From assembly GCF_009914755.1 (NCBI RefSeq), contig NC_060947.1: a stretch of DNA of 64,000 bases; one strand, given 5' to 3'. The translations under genes were made by a program, and so were the position numbers. This stretch comes from the human T2T-CHM13v2.0 reference genome, Homo sapiens. A model generated the notes under the pieces. The model was not told where the DNA came from, made no database searches, and worked only from the letters and a program-made list of their open reading frames with translations. Positions 27,212 to 42,795 of the stretch are shown in pieces (position 1 is the first letter of the stretch; every line of letters starts with the position of its first letter).

Positions 27212-27528
27212 TTTTTTTTTGTTTGTTTTTTTGAGATGAGGTCTCCAATCTGTTGCCTAGGCTGGAGTGCAGTGGCGCAATCATAGCTCACTGCAGTTGC
27301 AAACTCCTGGGCTTAAGTGATCCTTCCACCTCAGCCTCCTGAGTAGTTGGGACTACAGGCATGAGCCACCATGTCCTGATAATTTTTTTTTTCTTTTTTT
27401 TTTTCTTAGAGATGAGGTTTCACTATGTTGACCAGGTTGGTCTCAAACTCTTGGCCTCAAGCAATCCTCCTGCCTCGACCGAGATCTCTAAGTGTTGGGA
27501 TTATAGGTGTGAGCCACCACGTCTAGCG
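27212..27528 (-). mobile_element. AluJ
   Basis: Full dimer; TSD ggattatctttt / ggattgtctttt. Confidence 0.9.
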
Positions 27529-27791
27529 GGATTGTCTTTTTATGTATTGGTATATAGAAGTTTGTAGATTCTGAATGTGAGTTATATGAGTACTAAAGAT
27601 GTTCTTCCACTTTGTGGCTTTTTCACTTTAGGGTTTTTTTTTCTTTTTTTTCTTTCTTTTTTTTTGTGAACAGAGCCACTTCATTTTAAGGTAATTGAAT
27701 TTATTACTCTCTTCTTTTATAGTCGGTACTTTATGTTTTTTTTTTTACAGAAATTATCCCCTATCCCAAGACTAGAGAAATTATCCTGTAT

Positions 27792-27999
27792 CAGTATTTC
27801 TTTGTGAGTAGGGAAGTTACTAGCATTTGGGGCAGGACAAATAATATGGGGCTGGCTCTTACGTCTCAGGACACCTAGCATCCCTAGACCCTGAGTACTA
27901 AATGCCTCTAGCACTATTCCTGTCATCATAACAATCTAACATACTCTATATATTTTCAAATGTTCTGTAGATGGTGGTACTGCAAGTTGAGAACCACTG
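27792..27999. mobile_element. hAT-Charlie MITE (MER20/Charlie4z-like)
   Basis: cagtatttct...gcatttggggcaggacaa...ctagcatccct...ttgagaaccactg; the ends resemble TIRs. Confidence 0.65.
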
Positions 28000-28501
28000 A
28001 ACTATGTTTTCTTCTAAAAGTATTTAATATACCTAGAATTGAGTTTTGTGTTTGGTGTGAGGTAGGAATCTAATTTTATTTTTTCTGTATGGATAACCAT
28101 TTTTCCCCAACATGATTTATTAAAGAATTCACTCTTTCCTTGACCGATCTGCAATGCTACCTGTCAGATATCAAATTTCCAAATAGGTATAGGTCTATTT
28201 TCAGGTTTTCTGTTCTGTTCCATTAGCCTATTTGTCAACCTGTGCACCAATATTACACTGTTATAAATACTATAGCTGTATGATAAATCTTAATATCTGA
28301 TAAGAATAAGTTATTGTTGCTCTTCAAGAATGCCTTGGCTTTTCTTGCACTCCCATGTCAATTTTAGAACCAGCTTGTCAAATTTCATAAAAACACCCTG
28401 TGGGATTGTTATTGGAATTACAATGACTATATTGATTGATTCAGACTATATATTGATTGCAAAGGATATCTTTACAATACTGAGTCTCCCTACCTGTGAA
28501 C

Positions 28502-28618
28502 AAGACATAGCTTCACTTTGTTGCCTAGGCTAGTATCAGATTCCTGGCTTCAAGTGATTCTCCCACCTTGGCCTCCCAAAGTGCTGGGATTATAGGCATG
28601 AAGACACTGTGCCTGGCC
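28502..28618 (-). mobile_element. Alu left-arm/FLAM fragment
   Basis: gttgcctaggctag...cttggcctcccaaagtgctgggattataggcatg. Confidence 0.85.
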
Positions 28619-28779
28619 TCTCCATTTCAATAAAGTTTTATAATTTCTTCCTAGCACATTTTTGTTTGGTTTATTCCCAGACACTTTATATTTTTATTGT
28701 TATATTTTTAAACTGCATTTTTGATTTTTATTGCTGTTGTATAGAAATGAGACTTATCTCTTTACATTCTTTCTTAAAT

Positions 28780-29500
28780 GTATATCAATCAGACCTTTTC
28801 ACCTAGCTCCATCAAAACTGCTCTTGTCAAGGCTACCCATGACTACACTGTTGCTAAATCCAATGGTCAATTCTCAGTTCTCATCTTACTTGATTTCTCA
28901 GCAGCATATGACACAGTTGGCCACTCCCTCTTCCTTGAAACACTTTCTTCACAAGAGGACAACACACTCTTCTAATTTTCCTCTTACCTCATTGGTTATT
29001 CTCTCTCAGTCTTCTTTGCTAGTTCTTCCTCATTTCTCCAACATTTTAATGTTGGACTGTCCTAGGGATCAGTCTCTAGATATCTTCTCTTCTCTTGCTA
29101 TACATACTTCTTTGGTGATCTCATCCATACTCATAGTTTTAAAGTCTACCCATATATTAACTCCCAATTTTGTAATGCTAGTCTAACTTACCATCAGGAT
29201 CAATCTATCCATCCATCCACATTCATTTATCTTTTTTCCTTCTACTTACTTGACATTTCCAACTCAACATGTCCAAACTGAACTCTTTATCATCTGAAAC
29301 TGCACCTCCCACAGCATTCTCTCAGTTGCTCACGCCATCATTCCAGTTGCTCAGAACAAATCTTTGAGTCCTTGTGTTCCCTCATCCCACACACAATATG
29401 TGAGAAAATCCTACTCACCTTACCTTCAAAATACATACAGATTCCTACCACTTCTCACAGTCTACACTGATATTATCCTAGTTGAAGCCACTACCATCTT
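28780..29500 (+). mobile_element. L2a ORF2 (RT) fragment
   Basis: Translation TALVKATHD...[31 protein letters not shown] (28778-28975) is an L2/CR1 RT motif. Confidence 0.85.
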
Positions 29501-32430
29501 TTAAAAAATAGCTTTATTGAGATATAATCTACATACCCCACAATTCACCCATTCATAGTATACAATTCAATGCCTTTTAGTACATTCATAGGGTTATGCA
29601 ACTCTCAGCACAATCTAATTTTAGAATATTTTGGTTTCCCCTAAAATAGACCAATACTTATTAGCAGTCATTCTCCATTACCCACCTCTCACCCCCCTGA
29701 ATGTTGCCCTCGGCAGCTACTAATCTACTTTCTGTCTCTATGGATTTGCCTATTCTAGACATTTCACATGAATGGAATAATACAATATGTGGTCTTCAGC
29801 TTCTTCACTCCTGTTTATTGCCAAATAATATTCCACTGTATGAATATAGCACATTTTATTTACATATTGATCAGTTGATGGACATTTGGGTTATTTCTAC
29901 CTTTTAGCTAATATGAACAATGCTACTACGAACATTTGTGTACATGTTTTTGTGTGAACATATGTTTTCATTGGGTATATACTTAGGAGTGGAATTGCTG
30001 GGTCATAAGGTAACTCTATGTTCAACCTTTTGAGGAACTGCCAAACTGTTTTCCAAAGCAGCTGTACTTTTACATTCCCATGGGCAGTGTATGAGTGTTT
30101 CGTTTTCCCACATCTTTGTTCCACTTGTTATTTTTTTATTTTTTGAGATAGGGTCTCACTTTGTCATCCAGGCTGGACGCAGCAGTGCAATCTTGGCTCA
30201 CTGCAACCTCAACCTCCTGGGTTCAAGTGATTTTCCTGCCTCCACCCCTCAAGTAGCTGGGACTACAGGTGCACACCACCATGCCCAGCTAATTTTTTTT
30301 GTAGAGATGGGGTTTTGCCATGTTGCCCAGGCTGGTCTCGAACTCCTGAGCTCAAGTGATCTGCTGCTTTGGCCTCCCAAAGTGCCAGGATTACAGGCAT
30401 GAGCCACTGTGCCCGGCCACCACTTGTTATTATCTGTCATTTTGATTGTAGCCATCCTGGTGGGTGTGCAGGGGTATTTTATTGTGGTTTTGATTGTATT
30501 TCTCCAATAACTAATGATGTTGAACATCTTTTCATGCCCTTGTTGGCCATTTGTATATCTTCTTTGGAGAAATGTTCATTCAGGTTCTTTACCCATTTTA
30601 AAATTGGGTCATCTCTCTTTTGAGTTGTAACAGTTCTTTACATGTTCTAGATACAAGTCCCATATCACATATGATTTGCAAATATTATCTTCCATTCTGT
30701 TTTGGTTACTGTAGCTTTGTAGTAAGTTTTGAAATCTGTAAATAATAACAGCCTCATAGAATTATTAGGAAGTGTTCCTTCCTCTTTCATTTTTTGGAAA
30801 GAAAGTGAAAGAATTGCATTTGATTTTTCTTTAAACATTTGGTAGAATTAAGCAGTGAAGCCATCTAGTCTTGTGCCTTTCTTTGGTGGCAGGTTTTTTT
30901 TGATAACTAATCCAATTTGTTTAATTATTGTAGGTCTATTCAGATTTTCTTTTTCTTCTTGAGTCTTAAGTTTTGGTATTTAGTGTGTTTCTAGGTATTT
31001 GTCCATTTCATGCGGGTAGTGTAATTTGTTCACGTACAATTGTTCATTGCATTCTGTTATAATCCTTTCTATTTCTGTAAAATCGGTGGTAATTTTCATT
31101 TCTGATTTTAGCAATTTGAGTCTTCTCTCTTTTTTCTTAGTCAATCTACCTACAGTTTTGTTAATTTTGTTGATCTTGTCAAAGAATCAATTTTTGGTTT
31201 TATTGATTTTTCCTTACTGTATTTTCTATTTTCTAGTTCACTTATTTCTGCTCTAATCTGTTATTTCCTCCTTCTGCCTGCTTTGGGTTTAGTGTGTTCT
31301 TTTCTTTTTTTTTTTTTTTTAAGTTTCTTAAAGTAGAAAGTTATCAATTTGAGATTTTTCTTTGTTTTAACATAGGCATTTATAGCTACAAATTTCCTTC
31401 TGAGCACTGCTTTAGCTGCTTCTTGGTATGCTGCCTCTTCATTTTCATTCATCCGAAGTATTTTCTAATTTCCTTTGTGATTTATTCTTTGACCCATTAG
31501 TTATTTAGAAATGTGTAGTTTATTTTCTGCATATTTGTGAATTTCCCAAATTTCCTTCTGTTATTAATTTCTACTTTTATTCAATTCAGAGAACATATTT
31601 TATATGATTTTATTCCTGGCCTATGGTGCATTCTGGAGAATGTAATATTCTGTTTGTCTATTTCTTCCTTTTTCTGTGTCCATTCTGTCAGTTATTGCAT
31701 CATGTATCTTGGGGCTCTGTTGTGAGGTGCATACATGTTTAAAATTGTTATATCTTTCTGACAGATTGACCCTTTTACCATTATGAACTGTCTGTTTCAT
31801 CTCCAGTAATTAATTTTGTTATAAAGTCTATTTTTTCATATTAGTATAGCCACTCCAGATTTTTATGGTTGTTGTTTGCATGACATATCATTTTTCATTC
31901 TTTTACTTTTAACCTATTTGCATCTTTGAACATAAAGTTTGTTTTCTGTAGACAGCAGATTGTTGGATCTTGCTTTTTTAAAAAAATCTCATCTGACAAT
32001 ATTTACCTTTTGATTAGATTGTTTAATCTATAATCATTTAATGTTGTTATCGATATGTTTGGATTTGCACTTCCATTTTGCTTTTGTTTTCTATATGCCA
32101 TATACCTTTTTTGTTTTTTGATGATCTTCTTTTGTATTAGGTGGTTATTTTTTTCTGTAACATTTTAATTCATAATTTAAAAATTACTTATTTTTGAGTT
32201 ATTTTCTTAGTGGTTTCTCTAGGGGTTACAATATATATCTTAACTTACTAGTATCTACTTCAGATTTATACTGAGTTCCAGTGAAATATAGACACTTTAC
32301 CTAGCTTCACTGCCTCCCTCTCTTTTTGATATTATTGTCATACATACATATACATCTATATAGGTTATGAACATAAAAATACATTGTTATAATTGTTATT
32401 TTATGTAATTTCATCTCTTTTAAAAAGGCT
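29501..32430 (-). mobile_element. L1MB-type element (3' UTR and ORF2 remnants)
   Basis: agctttattgagatataat...; peptide [25 protein letters not shown] (29897-30124). Confidence 0.85.
30133..30418 (-). mobile_element. AluJb-type
   Basis: Full dimer; TSD ccacttgttatt at 30121-30132 and 30420-30431. Confidence 0.95.
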
Positions 32431-32435
32431 GAGAG

Positions 32436-32930
<495 letters not shown>

Positions 32931-32989
32931 AACCTTTAAAAATATGTTTTTAAAATTTCCAAAAGTGTATTTTAAAGAAAAAGCTATAT

Positions 32990-35100
32990 ATTTAGATTTA
33001 TTTATTTTTGTCCTATTTTGGGCTATATGTTCCATTTCTACCATGTTTTGCTGTGCTGTGTTTTTGCTGCTTTATTGACTTTTTTAAATTAATTAAGGTT
33101 TATTTTTCCTCATTCCATTTCCTCTCTTCTATCAGTTTGGAAGATACTCATTCTTTTTCCTATTATTTTAGGGTTGCCCTTGGAATTTTAACATGCTTAC
33201 TTAATTTAATAAAGTTTAGAGTTAATATATTTGTCCCCTTTTCAAACAATATGGGGACCTTTAGAATACTGTGATTCTAATCCATGACAACATGACTTGC
33301 TATTGTAAAGCCTTTAAATTCCATGCTTTTTGTCTTTTTTTAATCCCACAAATTAGAAATTATTAATATCACCCACATGCTTAACTTTTTTTTTCTTAGC
33401 CAAAGTCTTTTCTTTCTTGTATCTCAGAACTTGCTTTTTGGATAATTTTCCTTACTTAGTGAGGAAGTATTGGTGGTAAACTCTTTAAATATTTTTTATA
33501 TTAAAATGTTTTATTTTGCCTTTATTCCCCAAAGAATATATAATTTTAGGATGAAATTATTTTCTCTGAGCACTTTCAACATCATATTGTAATCTGGCTT
33601 ACATCATTGCTTATTGAGAAGTCAGCTATCAGTCTAATTGTTCTTTTGTTCATGATCATTTTTTTTCTTTCTAGTTTAAGATTTCGTCTTTGTCTTTGTT
33701 GTTCTGTAGTTTGATTATAATGTGTGGAGATATTAATTTCTTTTTTATTTACCTTATCTGGAATTTCTTAGGCCTGAATCTGCAGATTGTTGTTTTCAGA
33801 AATTCTGGAGAAGATTCAGCCATGGTTTACTTTAATATTCTTCCTATTATTATTATTATTATTGTTATTTGAACTTTTAAGTTCAGGGTACAAGTGCAGG
33901 TTTGTTATTGAGGAAAACTTGTGTCATAGGGGTTTGTTGTACAGATTATTTCATAACCGAGGTAATTAAGCCTAGTACCCATTAGTTATTTTTCCTGATC
34001 CTCTCCCTCCTCCCATACTCCACCCTCCATCCTCTGATAAGCCCCAGTGTGTGTTGTTTCTCTCTATGTGTCCATGTGTTCTTATCATTTAGCTCCCACT
34101 TATAAGTGAGAACATGTGGTATTTGGCCTTCTGTTTCTGCATTAGTTTGCTAAGGATAATGGCTTCCAGCTCCATCCATGTCCCTGCAAAGGGCATGATC
34201 TCTTCTTTTTTATAGCTGCATAGTATTCCATGTACCACATTTTATTTATCCAGTCTGTCATTGCTGGGCATTTAGGTTGATTCCATGTCTTTGCTATTGT
34301 GAATAATGTTGCAGTGAATATACACGTACATGTGTCCTAGAATGATTTACATTCCTTTGGGTATATACCCAGTAATGGGATTGCTGGGTTGAATGGTATT
34401 TCTGTCTTCAGGTCTTTGAGGAATCGCCACACTGTCTACCACAATGGTTGAACTAATTTATACTTCCACCAACAGTGTATAAGCATTTCTTTTTCTCTGC
34501 AACCTCACCACCATCTGTTAATTTTTGGCTTTTTAATAATAGCCATTCTGTGTATTTTTTCTTTCTAGAATTCTAAGGAGATAAATGTTGAATCTTCTTT
34601 TTCTGTCCTCCATGTCTTTTAACCATTCTTACTTTTTTCATCTCTTTGTACCTCTGTGCTGTATTTTGTGTAATTTTTTTCAGACCTATTTTCCAGTTTA
34701 CTAATTTATTTTCAACTGATGTATAAAGCTTCATTGAGGTTTTTAATGTCAATTACTGTATTTTTCATTTCTATGTATTCTGTTTAGTTATTTTTCAAAT
34801 CTACCAGGTCATTTTTGATAGTCTCTTGCTCTTTGCTCTCTACCCTTATTACTTTAAACATATTTAGCATAACTGTTTTATATTCCATATATAATTTCTG
34901 TATCTAAAGTCTGGTTATATTTTGTCTTTTTTTTCCTGTTGACTTCTCCTTCCTGGTAGTTAGTTTTCTTGTGTAAATTGTGATTTTTCATTGTGAATTA
35001 ATTTTTGTCAGAACCCTCTGTGGGATTTCCATGAGGTCTGGGAGGGGTACATTCTTCCATGAAAGATTTCTATTTGATTTTTCTTGGTGCTTGAGGCATT
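32990..35100 (-). mobile_element. Degenerate L1M (ORF1/5' region)
   Basis: ttgagaagtcagctatcagtctaattgttc...tttgtctttgttgttctgtagtttgattataatgtgt. Confidence 0.6.
33846..34550 (-). mobile_element. L1PA13-16/L1PB 3' end with (ATT)n tail
   Basis: aagttcagggtacaagtgcaggtttgtt...tttagctcccacttataagtgagaacatg...atacccagtaatgggattgctggg. Confidence 0.9.
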
Positions 35101-35110
35101 ACACAACTAG

Positions 35111-35420
<310 letters not shown>

Positions 35421-35612
35421 ACAACTAGGTCTACTTTAAATTAAAATTCTTGGCTTGTGGCTTTTTGGACTATTCACATAATGTATATTCAGACTCCAAA
35501 CCTAGTTGCAGGCTGGTGCCACAAAATCTCAGTAATAATTTTTTTGTTTTGTTTTTAATTCTACCCAAAGCTAAAGCCAAGACAAAAACTTTCCTTGCTG
35601 TCAGTCCCCAGG

Positions 35613-35811
35613 CCTGTGCAGTCTAACATAGTAACCACTAGTCACATGTGGCTATTAAAGTTAATTAAAACAACATTAAAAATTCAGTTCTTTAGTTTCA
35701 CTAGCCACATTTCAAGTGCTCAAAAGTCACATATGACTAGTGGCTACTGTATTGGACAGTGTAGATATGGAACAGTTCCATTATCACACAAAGTTTTACT
35801 GGATAGTGTTG
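35613..35811. mobile_element. MER3 (hAT-Charlie MITE)
   Basis: ccactagtcacatgtggctatt...ctagccacatttcaagtgctcaa...actggatagtgttg, followed by ctctagat. Confidence 0.85.
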
Positions 35812-35929
35812 CTCTAGATCATCTGAAACTACATATGCCCCCAGGGTATGTAGTGGCTTCAGAGCTAGGTTACACCCTTGAACAAAGTTCTGTCAATCTT
35901 TGTCTTAAGTCAAAATTCTACAAGGACCA

Positions 35930-36722
35930 TGTGGTAGACAGAATAATGGCTCTCCAAAGATGTCGAAGTCCTAATCCTCAGAATTTGTGGATATGCTACT
36001 TTACATGGCAAAAAAGACTTTGTAGATGTGATGAAGTTAAGAATCTAGAGATGGGTAGGTTACCCTGGATTACTTGGGCGAGCTCAATGTAATCACAAGC
36101 GTTCTCATAATGAGACAGCCAGGTGAGAAGGGGTCCTAGAGAAACTCCAGCTGGCCTGCGCACTGGGAGGAGTGTGCACCGGGGTGAAGCCACAGAAGCT
36201 CATGCTGTTTGCAGCGGGGAGGAGCCTGGTCCCTATTCTTCCTTGGTGGAACCTGAGATTTAATCTGTGAGGCAGGAAGCCTATACTAGAAGGACTCTCA
36301 CTCTGCTGAGTCCCTGTTCCCCTTTTTTTCCCTTTTGCCCAATAAATCCCATTATTCTCACCCTTCAAATTGTCTGTGAGCCTAATCTTTCATGGCCATG
36401 TGACAAAGACCCCATCTTTAGCTGAACTAAGGAAAAGTCTCACAACAATAAGGGAAATAGGGAAGCAGGAAAGACACAGAAATGCAATGCAGTGACAGAA
36501 GCCGAAGTTGGAGTGATGCAATTTGAAAATGGAGGAAGGAGCCATGAACCAAGGAATGCAAGAGTCCTCTAAAAGGCAAGGAAATAGAGCCTCCAGAAGG
36601 AATGTAGTCCGCTGACTGATTTTAGATTTCTGACCTCCAGAGCTGTAAGAGAATAAATGTGTATTGCCTTGAGCTACGAAGTTTGTGGTAATTTGTTGCA
36701 GTAGCAATAAGAAACTAATACA
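35930..36722 (+). mobile_element. MLT1D/E-type MaLR solo LTR interrupted by MER61
   Basis: tgtggtagacagaataatggc...ctacttacatggcaaaa... resumes at 36452 and ends gaaactaataca. Confidence 0.85.
36111..36447 (+). mobile_element. MER61A-type ERV1 solo LTR
   Basis: tgagacagccaggtgagaaggggtcc...cccaataaa...gctgaactaaggaaaagtctcacaaca; 4-bp TSD ataa. Confidence 0.85.
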
Positions 36723-36911
36723 GACCATGAAAGGGACCAGTTAACAAAGACTCTTTTAATATATCAGAAACACATGGGTGCCCAATGGTACTGAGTTATC
36801 ATTCTTATATCTTCTCATTTCCCCTTCTTATATTTTTATTTGGCTCTAAGAGTTTCAAGGCCCATGGCAAGCAGAAAGTTTAGGAGAGCAAATGATGTGA
36901 GAACCTACACT

Positions 36912-37780
<869 letters not shown>

Positions 37781-37899
37781 GCCTGGTATTGAGGAGGACC
37801 CCTGATTTTTAGGGCAGACAAGAGTACAATTAGCATAACACTCAGAATATAGGGAAAGAAATATAGGTATTAGAGAATGGATGAATTTCTACATGCTGA

Positions 37900-38845
37900 G
37901 TGGTGAGCTGACTTCCTTCTGAGAACCACACTTTCACATTCATTTGCTTTTGAACTTTTCTACGTGTATATTCGTGACTCAAACTCAAATTGCTCTAACA
38001 GAAACTAAAGTATTTTCTTTCTTCCTCTTCTGTTCTCTGTCCCAGTTAATGGTATCCTAAGTCAGAAATCTTGAGAGGCATCTCTCTGCTTTCTCTTGCT
38101 CCATCATGTCTAATTAGACTCCTAACACTGACAGTTTTACTTTATAGATGTCTTCTTCTCTCTTCCCTCTGCCTTCACGTTGGTTCAAGCTCTCATCTCT
38201 CACTGGACCATTTTAATCACCTCTGCAATCCTACAACCTGTCTACCAACTTTACTGTAACTGCCACAGGTCCAAAACAGATCGAGTTACTCCCTCTTAAA
38301 GATCTCTACAGGCTCCCTACTGCTTATAGAATCTTGTCCCAATCTCTCCCTCCAGCCTCGTTTTTCTAATAAGCTTCTCCACCTTCTCCATGCTCCAGCC
38401 ATACTGAATTTATCATTGTAATTCAAACATATTCTGCCCTATCACATGTACTTGAAAAACCAACATATGCTAACTATTACTTTTATATAACAACGGGTTC
38501 CTTCTTCCAAGAATGCCCTTACTCCTTTCTTCAACTGGAAAACACTTAGACACCTTTCTAATCAATTCAAATGCCACTTCCTCTGTGAAGTCTTTCTCAA
38601 TTCGCTCAATAGGATTTGTGGCTACTTTCTATGTGTACCTCCAGCATTCTGTAAGTGTACAGTCCCTGTAACACTTCATGCAATGCATTGTGATTATTTG
38701 GTTACAGGTCTGTCTCCTCCATCAGACTGTAAGCTCCTTGAGGGCAGAGACCTTGTCCTACTGATTGTTTTTCATCCCCAGTGGCTAGTACAATGCCTAG
38801 CCCAAAAGAGGTATTCAATCTTTACTTGTTGAAATAATGAATTAA
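37900..38845 (+). mobile_element. Degenerate L2
   Basis: ctcaaactcaa...tcaagctctcatctctcactggacc...agactgtaagctccttgagggcagagacc. Confidence 0.65.
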
Positions 38846-39499
38846 TAACTAAAATGATTCAGGACAAATATCTAACTGTGCTAGTCAATTAGAAAGAACA
38901 GAAGAAGACAGAATTTTAAGCACAAGGGAGCTGGCTTAAACTTTCAGAGATGGGAGGGGTAGCTCTGACTTTACTGAGCTACAAAGGCTAAAGATTGAAG
39001 GTGTGAGCTAGGTTACAATGGGAACAATGGGAGACAAGGGCAAACAGGAAGGTCTGGGTGGAGCTAGCTGAGGAAGTGCTATGAAGCCACTGTCCAAGTC
39101 TGGATTTTCATTTTAGTGAGTAGAGAGTTGCTGAAGGGTGATTGGAAACACCGTTAAAGTGAAGCCATAAAAAAATGACCTGTTCTGAGAGCTGGGAGGA
39201 GGCAATGAGGCCAGCCAGAGAGCAGTCACAATAACCCAGAGCAGACTGGGCATGGCAAGCAGAGGCAGATTTAGGGAGCTGTACAAAAGGACCAGGCTGG
39301 ATGTGGCTGATGATCCCATATGGGAGAAGACACAAAGGTAGTGGGAATTTCTAAAGATTATGAAAAGTAGAGTAGGTGCAGAGAAAGAAGATGAAATCAG
39401 TGGTTGGGAAATCAGCATTCAATTATAATACAAAAATGACCTCTTATCAACCTGGCCTCTCTGTGCCTTAGTTTCCTCAGCAGTAAAACAAAGAGGTTC

Positions 39500-40537
<1,038 letters not shown>

Positions 40538-42007
40538 AAGGGCAATGGATGCAGAGTCAACTAGAAATGGAGTAATGAAGAAAGAGAAGGAAAATAGATT
40601 TTAAAAAGCATTTGATTGAATTTTGAGAATAGCATATCTAGTTTCACTGAGCTTGTAGTATAAAATATTAACAGTGATTGCAGACAGTAAGAGGACTCAT
40701 GCTCCAAATCAGGGAGAATCGCCAAAGCTTGGGCCAATGGAATTCAATTCAATTCATCAGACACTTGTTGAGCATTTACTATATGCTAGGCTCTATGCTG
40801 GGCACTCATTGTGGGGAATATAATGATGAATACATTTATACTTTAAGAATTTTATTCAAGAAACTAGAAATATGGGATAAGGATGTACAAATGATAATAA
40901 AAGACAGAATTTAATCTAACAAATGGCTCCAAGAAATGGCTCTGGGTGTTCAGAGGAAGAGGTTTAGGGAAGGCTTCAAGGAAAGTTATTTTGGCTCTGA
41001 AGTCAACAAATTTCAGTCCACAATGAAATAAGAGCACAGACAGTTTCTTCTGTTCTTAAATACTTCTTAAGAGTAGGACGGAAAGCAAAATATTTTTAAA
41101 GACGATTTTTGAGGTAACATGTTAGAGGGGAAACAACTAGACTTGGAAGTTTTGACTCTGTCACTCACTATTTGGGAGACCTTGGATACTTTGCTTATTT
41201 CTTATTACAAATGGTTATTGAGGGGCTACTATGTGCCAGGCTCTGTATGTATACCATTTTATTGAGTCATTTATCTTTCATAAGCTCCAATTTTCTCACT
41301 TCCCTTTGAAATGTAGCAGCCTAGATTTCTGGTTCCCAAACAATTGGTACTGGGTACAAGCTTATAGGTATTCCTTTCTGCCTTCAGGTAGCACCCACAC
41401 TTCTGCACTAAAGCAACAGACTAGGTTTTGATAATATCCTACAGGCACTTTGGGTAGGGCCTTTAGGATAGTGCACTTAGAATGTACTTTGGGTATTTAT
41501 GAGATGGGGAAAATGGGTGAAAAAGTTTAAGAAATGAGCCATAAATTTATTTTTGGCAATGTTGGATGAGCAAATTTTGAAATAGAGAACAATGGGTCCT
41601 GCCTGCCATGGTACCCATTATATATTGGGAAATGGAGATATTAAGGTATCAAGAAACGACCTCACTAAATTGTTACAAATGTTAAGATAAACTATGATGT
41701 GGGAAATTGTAACATGACTGTCTTGAGGTAACCCTGTACAGACAGATGCTTTAGATGATGGGCAAAGTGAGCTGTGTAGACAAAAGAAAATATGTGAGTG
41801 TGTCTTCAGGAATGACCATGGAGAGGGTTGTCTATTTCTTGATGATGGCTTCTTTACTTCTTTAGTCAGAACTATTCTTAGTATGGAGGAGAGCAAGTTT
41901 ATCGGGTACCTAGGTTTGATTTTTAAAAAAATCTCTGGAGAACATCCAATTCCTTTTGTTTTAATTGTGTGCTTACCAAGCAGCCTTCTGGTCTGTGTAA
42001 CTGGTTT

Positions 42008-42339
42008 TTTTTTTTATTATTATTATACTTTAAGTTTTAGGGTACATGTGCACAACGTGCAGGTTAGTTACATATGTATACATGTGCCATGTTGGTGTGC
42101 TGCACCCATTAACTCATCATTTAACATTAAGTATCTCTCCTAACGCTGTCCCTCCCCCCACCCCCCACCCCACAACAGGCCCCGGTGTGTGATGTTCCCC
42201 TTCCTGTGTCCATGTGTTCTCATTGTTCAATTCCCACCTATGAGTGAGAACATGCGCCACGTGGCACATATACACCATGGAATACTATGCAGCCATAAAA
42301 AATGATGAGTTCATGTCCTTTGTAGGGACATGGATGAAG
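42008..42339 (-). mobile_element. Young L1PA (PA3-5) 3' end with 5' inversion
   Basis: Minus segment 42008-42256 and inverted segment 42261-42342; 15-bp TSD ctgtgtaactggttt (41993-42007, 42340-42354). Confidence 0.95.
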
Positions 42340-42426
42340 CTGTGTAACTGGTTTCTTGACTGGAATGACCTGCCAGCCTGGAAGGCCTTATGCAGATAAG
42401 GAAAGCTTTGTCTTGCCAAATATATT

Positions 42427-42795
42427 TGATATGGTTTGGCTGTGTCTCCACCCAAATTTCATCTTGAATTGTAGTTCCCATAATCCCCACGTGTAATGGG
42501 AGGGACCTGGTGGGAGGTAATTGAATCATGGGGGCGGTTACCTCCATGCTATTCTTCTGATACTCAGTTCTCACGAGATCTGATGGCTTTATAAGGGGCT
42601 TTCTCCTACCTTTGGTCATTCTTCTCCTTCCTGCTGCTGTGTGAAGAAGGATGTGTTTGCTTCCCCTTCCACTATGACTGTAAGTTTCCTGAGGCCTCAC
42701 CAGCCCTGTGGAACTGAGTCAATGAAACCTCTTTCCTTTATAAATTACCCAGTCTCAGGTATGTCCTTATAGCAGTGGGAGAATGGACTAATACG
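42427..42795 (+). mobile_element. THE1C/D-type MaLR solo LTR
   Basis: tgatatggtttggctgtgtctccacccaaat...ataaattacccagtctcaggtatg...gactaatac; 5-bp TSD atatt. Confidence 0.9.

Larger units (their letters stand above)
26285..28770 (-). mobile_element. Degenerate L1ME (3' UTR and ORF2 remnants)
   Basis: gtggttttaatttacatttccctgattacc...gttgagcatcttttcatg; ttttagaaccagcttgtcaaattt. Confidence 0.7.

Noticed and set aside
36111-36447. p53 response element in MER61
   Set aside because: No pair of RRRCWWGYYY half-sites is visible.
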